DNA of 64,000 nt, from NCBI RefSeq assembly GCF_006345805.1, contig NC_043004.1, positions 21,204,001-21,268,000 on the forward strand, given 5' to 3'. This DNA comes from Octopus sinensis. Its lineage: Eukaryota. Made by a program: the position numbers and the translations under genes. The notes under the pieces are model-generated. The model did not search any database. It saw nothing but the letters and a program-made list of their open reading frames with translations, and was not told the origin of the DNA. Numbering within the stretch: position 1 is the first letter of the stretch; every line of letters starts with the position of its first letter. Below are positions 50,448 to 61,939 of this stretch, piece after piece.

Positions 50448-50636
50448 TAACTTAAAATTGTATGATAGATTGCCGTCAATTCATTCTCTCTTACCTATTT
50501 GTGTCTGCCTTCCAATTGCTGTTTTTACTGAGATCTCCCTTTTTAGTAGAAGAAATAGCTATAACCTTTTGACTGCTATTTCTAAATTCGGTATGTGGTA
50601 AGGCAATTCGTTGCTAAACCCTTTATTGCTTAGTAT

Positions 50637-50797
50637 ATATATATATATTATATATATATATATATGTATATATATATGTAATTATATATATATATATATG
50701 CATATATATATGTATATATATCTATATATATGTATATATATGTATATGTATATATATATATGTATATATATGTATATATATGTATGTAATATATATG

Positions 50798-50828
<31 letters not shown>

Positions 50829-51410
50829 GTATATATAAGTATGTATATATATGTATGTATATATATATGTATATGTATGTATATGTATATATATATGTAT
50901 ATATATATGTATATATATTGTATATATATGTTATATATATAAATGTATATATATGTATATGTATATATACGTATATATATATGCATATGTATATATATGT
51001 ATATATGTATATATATGTATATGTAATTATATATGTATACATATATGTATATATATGTATGTATATATATATATGTATATATATATTTATGTATATATAT
51101 ATATGTATGTATATATATATATATATATGTATGTATATATCTATGAATGTATATATATATGTATATATATATGTATATATATGTATATATATATAAATGT
51201 ATATATATGTATATATACGTATATATATATGCATATGTATATATATGTATATATGTATATATATGTATATGTAATTATATATGTATATATATATATGTAT
51301 ATATGTATGTATATATATATATGTATATATATATTTATGTATATATATATATGTATGTATATATATATATATATATGTATGTATATATCTATGAATGTAT
51401 ATATATATGT

Positions 51411-51446
<36 letters not shown>

Positions 51447-51479
51447 GTATATATGTATGTATATATATGTATATATATG

Positions 51480-51516
<37 letters not shown>

Positions 51517-51519
51517 GTA

Positions 51520-51595
<76 letters not shown>

Positions 51596-51660
51596 GCATA
51601 TATATGTATATATGTTATATATGTATATATGTATACATATTTATGTAAATATAAAATGTA
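50637..51660. repeat. ~1-kb (TA)/(TATG) array with higher-order duplication
   Basis: Directly visible; landmark blocks recur at ~250-bp spacing. Confidence 0.9.
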
Positions 51661-51753
51661 TAAATATTAACAATAATAAAAATAAGGATTGCTCTAAAGT
51701 AGCAATAGCATTACCTTTAATTCTATGTATATACGTTTATATAAGTGCATGCA

Positions 51754-51764
<11 letters not shown>

Positions 51765-51801
<37 letters not shown>

Positions 51802-51806
51802 TATAT

Positions 51807-51897
<91 letters not shown>

Positions 51898-51910
51898 TAG
51901 ATATATATAT
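51765..51910. repeat. (TA)n(GA)n(GATA)n compound microsatellite
   Basis: Directly visible. Confidence 0.95.
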
Positions 51911-52502
51911 GCACACATATATATTTATATATCTATATGTATGCTTATATATGTCATATACCTACACGTGTGTAAATACTTGTGAAATATTAGATTTCAG
52001 GGACATTTATTCCTCTACATAGATCTAATTTTTATAATACATACAAATGTTTATATCTGCAATTTAAAAATTACATATTTCTTAAGAAATTTTTTTCTCA
52101 CTTACAAATATTTTGTATATTTAATTTTAGTTATATTTTACCTCAAATGTTCAAAATATGTAAATTTTAAAGGCATATAACTAAAAATATTTTGAAGAAA
52201 TAAAAATACCTACAAATCTTTAATCAAATTGTCACAGCATAAAAGAACATTATAAAATGCTGATGCTAATCCTTCTGGGATTTAAATATTAGGACAGGTT
52301 ATCTTTTTGTCATGTTTTTTAGAGTATATGAATTGTTTATAGTCATGTATCAATAAATTTACAGAAAATTTTCCAAAACTCTATTTTTTTTAGTTGTAAT
52401 TGAAATATGTGATGTGGGATTATTTTAATTAAAACAATAAAGAAGTGGAGTTTCAATAATATGTGTGCGTGTGTGTGTATGTATGTATGCATGTATGTAT
52501 AC

Positions 52503-52693
52503 ATCATCATCATCATCGTTTAACGTCCGCTTTCCATGCTAGCATGGTTTGGACGATTTTGACTGAGGGCTGGCGAACCAGATAGCTGCACCAGGTTCCA
52601 ATCTTGATCTGGCAGAGTTTCTTCAGCTGGATGCCCTTCCTAATGCCAACCACACCGAGAGTGTAGTGGGTGCTTTTTACATGCCACCGGCTT
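52503..52693 (-). mobile_element. SINE family C, 3' part
   Basis: (CAT)n CGTTTAACGTCCGCTTTCCATGCTAGC...GCTTTTTACATGCCACCGG. Confidence 0.85.
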
Positions 52694-53173
52694 ACATTTA
52701 TATATATATATATATAATAAAGAGAAATTAAATATAGAGCTATTGTATTGACAATCCAATAATTTGTATATATTACAATATTACATTAAATACTATAAAT
52801 ATAATATATAAAATAACATAATATTATATAAATAATTATAAAAACTGTAAAAGGCCAACATATTGTTTTAACTTATATATATTTTTTCTGATATACATAA
52901 TCACAGTTCCATTATATAGAAGTCACTTCAGGGTTCTTGGTTCAGAAAGACAAATTCCTGTCTGAAAAGACAGCTGGATTGTAAAAATGTTTACAATCCA
53001 GCTGTCCTTTCAGACAAAATTTATCTTTATTATTAAATTATACCAATATTTATATGGTATCCAACTGAAGTACCAGTGAATTGGATGTTTTACACATCAC
53101 TTTGAAGGATTTCTTTTCATCAGTTTGTTACTTTATATATATATATAATATATATATATATAATATATATTAT

Positions 53174-53207
<34 letters not shown>

Positions 53208-53959
53208 AATCAGAAAAAAACACACGTTTTAATTATTAAATATTGAAAAATTAAATTATACCATTTAGAAAATTACATCTTCTAGAAAGATTAAATATAT
53301 GATAAAACATAACAATGATTAATTGATGTGCAAATTATTTTATTGCTCTTATCTTTAACCAGAAGAGTGACTATATTTATATTGAAGTGATTTTTCTATT
53401 ATTATTAATATATTTATATTGAAGTGATTTTTCTATTATTATTTCTTAAATATAGCCACAAAACACGTGTCATTATTCTACCAAATATATACATTTTATT
53501 TATTATTTTGCACTTTACTTAATCATTGTTATATGTTTTATCTTATATTTAATATTTCTATAAGATGTAATTTTTCTAAATAGTATAATTTAATTTTTCA
53601 TTATTGAATTGATAAAAGGTGGTCTTTTTCTAATATATATATATATTATATTTTGTGAAATTTGATTTAGTATTTCTAAATTGAATTTGTTCCTGTAAGT
53701 TTGGAATAATATTCCCTCATATTATATATATATATACTAGGAAGTTAAAAGTTATGGCTAGTCATAAAGTAACCACTGGTTTCACACCTATAAAGCATCA
53801 CCTGCAATATTAAATGCTTTATAGGTGCAAAACCAATGGTCAGTCTATGACTGGCCATAACTTTGAACTTCCTAAAAAGTATATTACTACTCTAGTGCTT
53901 TTTCATTGGATATATGAACTATTGATGATACGTGTATGCGTGTGTGTGTGTGTGTTTGT

Positions 53960-53995
<36 letters not shown>

Positions 53996-54304
53996 TAATT
54001 ATTGTGTTTAAATAACTTATTTTGGAAGGGGCAGGTTAAAATTATTTTCTTAATTTGGTAAGTCATATTTATCAAGCACTATTTGTTGGATTTAGCTAAA
54101 TTAACTGCTTGCTAAAATTTTCACATTTTCAACTTTAGCATTAACTAACGTTTTAATAATTTCTACCAGTTCCAAAGAAGGAACCTCTATGTAAAGAATG
54201 GGAAACTTAGTACCATCTGGTGGAATTTTGTCCACATTAAAATTCGAAACTCTTGATAATGAAGTCTCAAAAAAAGTAGTTTTATTCTGAAGAATAAAGC
54301 AGTT

Positions 54305-54408
54305 ATATATCTTCTGGTGCAGCCTTCTAGCTTACCAGCCCAGGTCAAACTGCCCAACCCATGCCAGCATGGACAGCGGACATTAAATGATGATGATGAT
54401 GATGATAA
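54305..54408 (+). mobile_element. SINE family C, short 3' fragment
   Basis: CTGGTGCAGCCTTCT...CCAACCCATGCCAGCATGGACAGCGGACATTAAATGATGATG. Confidence 0.7.
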
Positions 54409-55144
54409 TATGTAAGTTATATAAAGTAGTAATTTAATATAAGTTATTTATATATATATATATGTATTGTAAAAATTAGAATACACTATTTTTCTTAGTG
54501 CATTCCATTTCAATTCATCATTAGTTTACCCCAACAGCTTTATGTAGCTCAAAATACCAGAATACTAGAAATGATCATTAAACCATTTTGTTTTGATTTC
54601 AAGTTTGTCAGCAAAGGAATTTCCCAATGAGCTAAAATGACATAAATATAAAAGCTTGTAACTGCTTTATTACTAATTTCTAGACAAAATGATTGTGATT
54701 TCTATCATCAGTATGGAAAGTTACATCTGTGTAGAAAATTTGAAAAAATTCTGTTGGTGGAAAGAAATTTAAAAAGTTCCATCTAAATAAAAAAACAAAA
54801 CAGACAAAAACAAAGATACATTGGTTAATGCAGGTCATGTGATGGCCATGACTGTCTAGAATAGAAGGTTGTTGTTTGAGAGAATTTTGCTGTTATTTCT
54901 AGCAGGTTGAGCAACAACATTTTAATTATCACTAATTGTTAATTGAATTATATTATCTAGCTCTAAAACGTAAATTTGTAAAAATATTTATATCAATATA
55001 TTCAATAGATGTACATTCAGCTTCACTGTGCAAATAAACCTCATGGTAATTTCCCATGGTTTATTCAGTAGATTGGAGATTTATTGGACTGCTTTCATCT
55101 GGTCATTATCAGCTCATCAGGTGTGTTTCATCTATTCTAGAGAG

Positions 55145-55187
<43 letters not shown>

Positions 55188-56759
55188 CAGAAAAAGATGG
55201 AGAAAATGAATGAGAGAGAAAGGGAACAGTTTATGAGTACAATTCTGTATTTCTAAGTTGAAGAATTATAATATTATGTAGCAGTCGAAGTGCTGTCCAT
55301 ATCTTGTTTGATGTCCAACCGAGATGAGGACATCACTCTGACTACTACATAATTTATAAGTACTTTTGAAAAATACAACTAACATTTACTGCTTTTGTTA
55401 ATTTGCATATCACAACATTAATTTTGGAATGCGCATTTATTAACTAAATTAATGTGACAGAGAATAAAACATGCTATGAACAAACAACAGCACTGCTTCT
55501 GTTCATTAGTGTTGTAACTGTCTTTCTTCCTTTAACAGTTTTCCTTGCTGAATCGTTGATGATGTATTGTTGCATCTACTAGTAATCCTTTCCAGGCATT
55601 TCTTTAACTACAAATTTGTTCCAAACAATGTAAACTGTTTACAATTCATGAGGTGCATACAGGAAAGTGAAAATTCAAACAATAATGTATCTATTCATTC
55701 TCAATGCACTCTGGTAGATTCATGCATGAATATATCAATTGCTGAGGTTTATCATAAGCATAGAACATCTCCTTCTTTAAGACAATGTATTCATAACACA
55801 TGGAATTCATCCATGTTATCCAATGTTGAAAAACAACAGCAATCTGTATATTCACATTCAAATCTGCTAAAAAGCATTGAGAATGAATAGCTAGGTTACT
55901 TAAAACAGATTCATTCCTTTTCTTTCTTTTGTTCCTGGAAGAATATAAAGACAAATTTCATAGTAAGAAGTGTCATCAATCTCAGCAAATTCTACAAAAT
56001 TAGTTATTATAGAAACTCTGTTTTTTTGTATGAAAAGCTTACGTACATCTTGGTAAATATTCGTTTTCTTTCCTTCAAGTGTGTGTGTTTTTAAATTATT
56101 TATCTTTTCAGTATATTCAGTAATGAATACGTCTGCTAAATTATACAAAAATAAATAAGACTATTTAAAAATGAGCAAATGAAAGTAAGAATCTGTTTAT
56201 ATTGGTAAGACTGACTCAGATTTATCATGTTTATCTTCTGTCAGAAACCTTCAATAAGGAGGTGAAAAAGTAGCTATGTGCGTGAATGAACACAAAAAAG
56301 CTATTTTCTATTTTCTCATATTCTTTTCAGAAAATTTTACTTTTTTAGTTTCAGTTTCCTTCTTCATTATTGGCTAGATATCTGCAAATTAATTTTTGTC
56401 ATGTTGCTAGATAACGAATAATTAACAGTGTAGACATATAACTTTCTTTCAACTGTCAACAAACTGTCTTATTAAATAAAACACTAGACACTGCTTTATA
56501 TTTCTGAGTTTCTACCAAGTCAGCTAAAATACTCAGAGTAAGTAAGATCAGAGACAAGGCAAATATGTAGCATATGTAGATTTTGCGTACTTATACGATC
56601 TCAGTCTAGAATTTGTTTGATTTGCTATGCAAACACAGTTTCATTCCAAAAGGTGGTGGTAAGAACCAGGGTAATTCAGTTAGAAAGCAGTACAGAAAGA
56701 AACATGTAAAGAATTATATTTAGAAAAAGGCATTGTCCTTTTGGCCACTACACTGTTCC

Positions 56760-56790
56760 AGTAATAATAATAATTATAATGATAATAATG

Positions 56791-56832
<42 letters not shown>

Positions 56833-56951
56833 TAATAATAATGATGATAATAATAATAATGATAATAATAATAATAATAATGATAATAATAATAATAATA
56901 ATAATGATAATAATAATAATAATGATAATAATAATGATAATGATAATAATA

Positions 56952-57014
<63 letters not shown>

Positions 57015-57030
57015 GTAATAATTATAATAA
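56760..57030. repeat. (AAT)/(GAT) microsatellite
   Basis: Directly visible. Confidence 0.95.
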
Positions 57031-57640
57031 TGTTGATATGTTTTCTAATTTTGTTCATAGATTACTTTATTCTGCTTTACCGCCAAGGCTCTTTTGTCAT
57101 GTTTCCTCTTTTATGGTTTGGTTTATGACCTACTTTCCTTCATATGTAAATGATATGTGCTCTATCTTTTTATTCCATTTATATTGTCCATCTTAACTTC
57201 TTTCAGTACTTTGTTCACATTCCAACTCTACTCCTAAACAAAATTCTATCCCCTTTCTTAAGTCCATTTACCTTCACATCCAGACTTTTCTCAGTGTTAC
57301 CAATGATGTGTTTGATTATTCTTCTGTCTTCATCACTCAGTTACTCTATATTCTCAAAAGCTAGCATCATTCTCCTGAACATCTTCATCCATACAGCCTT
57401 GTCAACTTTCTCTCTAGCCACTTCATCTTCACTCATTGTGCTTTCAATTCTCTCTTTTTTAATCTCAAGCTCAAATGTTGTTAACCATCCATTCTTCCTT
57501 ATTATATTTGCTTGGTCACACATTCTGTGTTCTGTAACATCTAAGCTCTAAGTCTCCATCCAGATGTCATACATTCTCTCTCTGTATCCTCTTATGGACT
57601 TCCTTTCACCATTATTGGGTCTGGTCAAAAAATAACTATA
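57030..57640 (-). mobile_element. R4/Dong-type non-LTR retrotransposon, N-terminal remnant
   Basis: Minus strand YFLTRP...RGYRERMYDIW...TEHRMCDQANIIRKNGWLT.FELE and KEPWR...IRKHINI match the R4/Dong ORF N-terminus. Confidence 0.7.
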
Positions 57641-58309
57641 TTCCTCACCCTAGACCATCTTGTTCTGGCAACTGTGATGACAGTCAAGCCTGTGCTTGAC
57701 TGTCATCCACAGGACACCTCACAGAGCAAGCTCTCTCAAGATGCAGGTTTAGTCACCAATGACTTGACATTAGTGATTCCTTTCATATCTTAAATTATGG
57801 TGATGATGAAGGGATGAGTGTCACATACCTGACTAAATATGGTACATAGACAGATGTAATGGAAAGAAAGAAAGAAGGAAATAAAGGAGAGTGATGGCAG
57901 GAGAGCATGTGTGCTTCACTGTGCAAGAGTATATTGTAAATGGGGGCGGAAGCAGTGGGTTGGGTAGGTGCATTGGCCTGAAGTAAAGTTCAGGCAGGGT
58001 GTTGCTGAGCAAGGGAGCGAGAGAAGTTTGAAGTCAGAGAACCAAAAGTTTCTCAGATTACAAGATTAAAATAGAAAGTCTGAAGTTGTGATCAGAGAAA
58101 AAATCATCATTGCAACTAATTGACAAATTTGACAATAGTGAGTGTATATATAAGTATGTATACACACACACACACACACGCACGCACAAATACAAACACA
58201 CACATACACACACACACACACATATACACATTAGTAGTCAGTGAGGAAGTAAGGCAAAGAGTGAGAGAGAGAAAGAGAGAGAGAGAGAGAGGAGTCTTTT
58301 TGCTCTATG

Positions 58310-58359
<50 letters not shown>

Positions 58360-58654
58360 TAAACTAAATATACATACATGTGAAGTAAGATAACCAAAGA
58401 TTTTTGAACTTCTATGATTAAAGTAAGGAGTTGTGATCAGGGAAATAACATCATTGCAAGTTGTTGATAAATTTGTAAACTGTGTGTGTGTATGTATATA
58501 TACATATCATTATATATATATATATATATATATTCTGTATGTATGATGATCACACACACACATATATATACACTAGTGATCAGTGAGAAAGTGAAAGTGG
58601 GAGTGAAAGATGAGAGAGAGGCTTTTTGCTCTATGTATATCTATAAATATATAC

Positions 58655-59850
58655 ACATGCGAGTACAAGGGAGGTATTTTGCAGAGTGACGAAATCAAGG
58701 GGAGTGAGATGACAGGAAGCTTTAGGCAAGAATATCTCAGAAGAATCCAATTAATTACAGAGAGTAGACTCGATGGAAACAACAAAACCAAGGCAATGAA
58801 TACATGAGCTGTCTTCTTAATGCAATATGGCACAGTATTGTTAAATGGACAAAGAATAAGCTTGAGGAAATGGATGGGAAAACCAGGGAGGTGCTGACAA
58901 TGAACAAGGAACTGTACCCTCAAATCAATATCGATGATGATGATGTGTGTGTCTAGATACAATAGAGGCAGGGGCCTCATAGGATGCAAGGTCTGTGTTG
59001 TCAATGAGGAAAATATTCTGGTATGGCACATCAAATGGCTGATTGAACCTTTGGTTGCTGCTGTTAGAAATAGCAGCATGATACCTAGTGAAAATGTGAC
59101 ATACACAAAAAGAAATTTATGGAAGCAAGATTGAGAACAACAATAATGCAGTGCATGGGCAATACCTCAGAAAAATGGGAAAAAAGACAACACCAACACC
59201 TGGAGATGCTAAGAAAAAATAATCCGAAAATTTGCACAGTAGTTATAGGTGCATTGGGAACTATCCCTAAAAATTTGAACTGATGGATAGTGGGAATAGG
59301 TGTAAAACCCAGTTTAGTACAGCTCCAGAAAACAGAGTTATTAGAAACAGCTAAGACACTTAGGAGGATTCTTAGCATATAAGGGCACTTGATAAGCAGT
59401 GCTCAGGAACAAGATCAGAAAACTAATTACTCTAAGTCCCAAATAAATAAGAGTAGTGTACCTGTACCACCCCTTTTTAGGATGTGTGGCATCAAAAAAT
59501 GGAAGTCTCACACATTGGGAATGAGTGTAGCAAACTGGCTTGAAAGGAATACAAAAGGAGGCATGGTAGCATAGCTAAGGATGTGGTGACATAGTTAAGG
59601 ATGTTCATTGGGGAGTGTGTGAGAAGAGTTGTTTTGAAAAGACATTGAAATGGCACAAGCATAAACCAGAAGGTGTCATGGGTATAAGATCTTGTAGCTT
59701 TTTACAATCCAGGGTGATTCAGTGATTGATGCTTGGTGACCAGACATTATTGTAATTGATGAAAATGGCAAGGAAACCAAGATAACAAATATTACCATTC
59801 TTGGGGATTTTCAAGTGGATGATAAAGAACTGGAAAAAGATTTTGTTTAG
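58655..59850 (+). mobile_element. R4/Dong-type retrotransposon remnant (RT end, zinc knuckle, restriction-like endonuclease)
   Basis: YKGGILQSDEIK..EM...RQEYLRRI, SRYNRGRGLIGC, HGQYLRK, VVIGALG, LISSAQEQ...CRMC-like, ECSKLA..EYKRRH, PDIIVID. Confidence 0.8.
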
Positions 59851-60559
59851 AATTTGGGATAAAGTTGATCTGACTCATGCAGTTGTGCAATTAAAAGAGC
59901 TTGCTTTTTTTGCAACTGTTTTTAGGAGTGCAGAATTCAGAAATATCAATGAAATTTTGATGATAATCAGAAATGCTAGTTGATAATTTTGTTATGTCTA
60001 AAGATAACAATATGAAATCAGGAAATATTTCTTTGAAACGGATATTTTTATGAAATGTTGATAACTGCTTTGTAACACTTTTGAAATGCCATTGAAATTT
60101 TGGTGCCAGTTAATAACTAAAGGAATTTGGTCAGAAATTTTACTGTGACTGCGATAACTATGCCTGAAAGTTTGGCATGCATAGCGAATTTTTCGTTGTG
60201 TCATTTGCAAGACTGTTTGATATGTTGTTTTGTCTAGGAAGAATGAGGATCATCCAGTTGAAATTTTAGATCTCTGCATTTCTGAGAATTTTTCATTTTT
60301 CCTTATTTTTTTTCCATTGTTATTTTAGACCTGAAGAAGACAGATAATGTTGAAATAGTGTTCCATTCAAAAATCTAAGTCAGTCAGTGTTTTGTTATAT
60401 ATATTGTTTATTTACCTTCATGAAAAATTATGTCAACCTTCATAAATCTTCATCAGTTAATAATGACAACAACAATAATAATAATAATGATAATTGTTTC
60501 TTTATTGGCCACAAGGGTCAAATATAATAATATAATAATAATAATAATAATAATAATCC

Positions 60560-60762
60560 TTTTCACTATTGTCACAAGGTCTGAAATTTTGGGGGAGGAG
60601 ACTAGTCGACCCCAGTGCTTCACTGGTACTTATTTTATCAACTCTGAAAAGAAGAAAGGCAAAGTTGACCCTTGGCAGAATTTGAACTCAGAATGTAAAG
60701 ACAGATGAAATGACACTAAGCATTTTACCTAGCATGCTAATGATTCTGCCAGCTTGCCACCT

Positions 60763-60765
<3 letters not shown>
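60560..60765 (-). mobile_element. SINE family B variant flanked by (AAT)n
   Basis: GTCGACCCCAGTGC..CTGGTACTTATTTTATC...GGCAGAATTTGAACTCAG...CTGCCAGCTTGCCACC. Confidence 0.75.
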
Positions 60766-60856
<91 letters not shown>

Positions 60857-60870
60857 CAACAACAACAACC
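60764..60870. repeat. (AAT)n(AAC)n microsatellite
   Basis: Directly visible. Confidence 0.95.
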
Positions 60871-61214
60871 AGAGAACACCAAGTGATAAAACACTGTTCC
60901 AAAATCTATTCAAAAATATCAGGAATGGAGACAACAAATGGAGCCTAAAATACTTGACAAAGTTTTAGACTATATCTGAGTAAGTAATACTCATTAAAAT
61001 TTGTCACTCAAACAACACATATAAATGTGCTCGCCACACAGGCAAAAAGCTGGACTACACCCGAGTAAGTGTTGGACTATGTATGAAGTCACAATGGAAA
61101 CAATGATGATTTTGATTTTACCTGGGATTGGATGAATGTGTCTGTTGATTACAGGATATAATTATTTTACTGTTCTGTTTCTTCAACTCAAATTGACTAA
61201 ATACATCATGTATT

Positions 61215-61481
61215 TTACTCCACTTAGATTGACCTAGGCAATTAATTTCCAGAGATGTTACATTAAGCTGTAGGGATTTCAGTAATTGTTTCAACTTGTC
61301 CCCTTATCTTAGTAGGGATCTTCCTTTACTGCAGAATACATCTATTTACTGGCTATACGAAAGAATTTTTGGAATGTGTTCATCTTGCATTCAAACAACA
61401 TGTCTTGCCCATCTGCACTGAATTCTCAACAGTATGCTTTCAATACTAGAGATCTCATATTTTTCTAAAACATAATAATTA

Positions 61482-61537
<56 letters not shown>

Positions 61538-61594
61538 TTGGTGGTGTTGGTGGTGGTGGCGGTGGCGGTGGTGGTGGTGGAGGTGGTGATGGTG

Positions 61595-61657
<63 letters not shown>

Positions 61658-61720
61658 ATCCCACATTTCCAAATCAAACAATGCCTTCAAGTTCTTGGAA
61701 AAGATTAAATGCCTTTTTGA
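61215..61720 (-). mobile_element. RTE-clade LINE 3' remnant interrupted by a trinucleotide array
   Basis: VLEKYEISSIESILLRIQCRWARHVV*MQDEHIPK...GRSLLR..KLKQLLKSL matches RTE SIE..L...QLRW.GHV.RM.D.RIPK...GRP..R.KD.LK. Confidence 0.7.
61478..61656. repeat. (TAG)n(TGG)n(TAG)n compound microsatellite
   Basis: Directly visible. Confidence 0.95.
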
Positions 61721-61939
61721 AAATAAAATATATCATTAGAGAATAAGGTTAAAAGCAGGAGGAGATAAAGATCAGCAGCGGAATCTTTCAAGAGGGTAGT
61801 TTTACTACCATCTTGTTTGTAATCATACTGTTCCCATTGAGAACAATACTAAACAAACCGAAGGAAAATCCTTATTGAGAAAGCATAAGAGAAAAATGAA
61901 TTATCATCTATTTATGGTGAAGATAAGACCCAACTGGTG

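Larger units (their letters stand above)
49172..50636 (+). mobile_element. Young non-autonomous PLE pLTR/retrozyme-like element: inverted arm plus two tandem units
   Basis: 49172-49591 is the reverse complement of 49719-50148 (a few SNPs, one 10-nt indel); 50178-50636 directly repeats 49586-50044; no ORF of 60 aa or more; flanked by (TA)n on both sides. Confidence 0.85.

Noticed and set aside
53372-53443. 37-bp tandem duplication
   Set aside because: Simple slippage product in AT-rich DNA.
58030-58660. Old diverged ~350-bp direct duplication with embedded microsatellites
   Set aside because: Ordinary decayed local duplication with no structural or coding signal.
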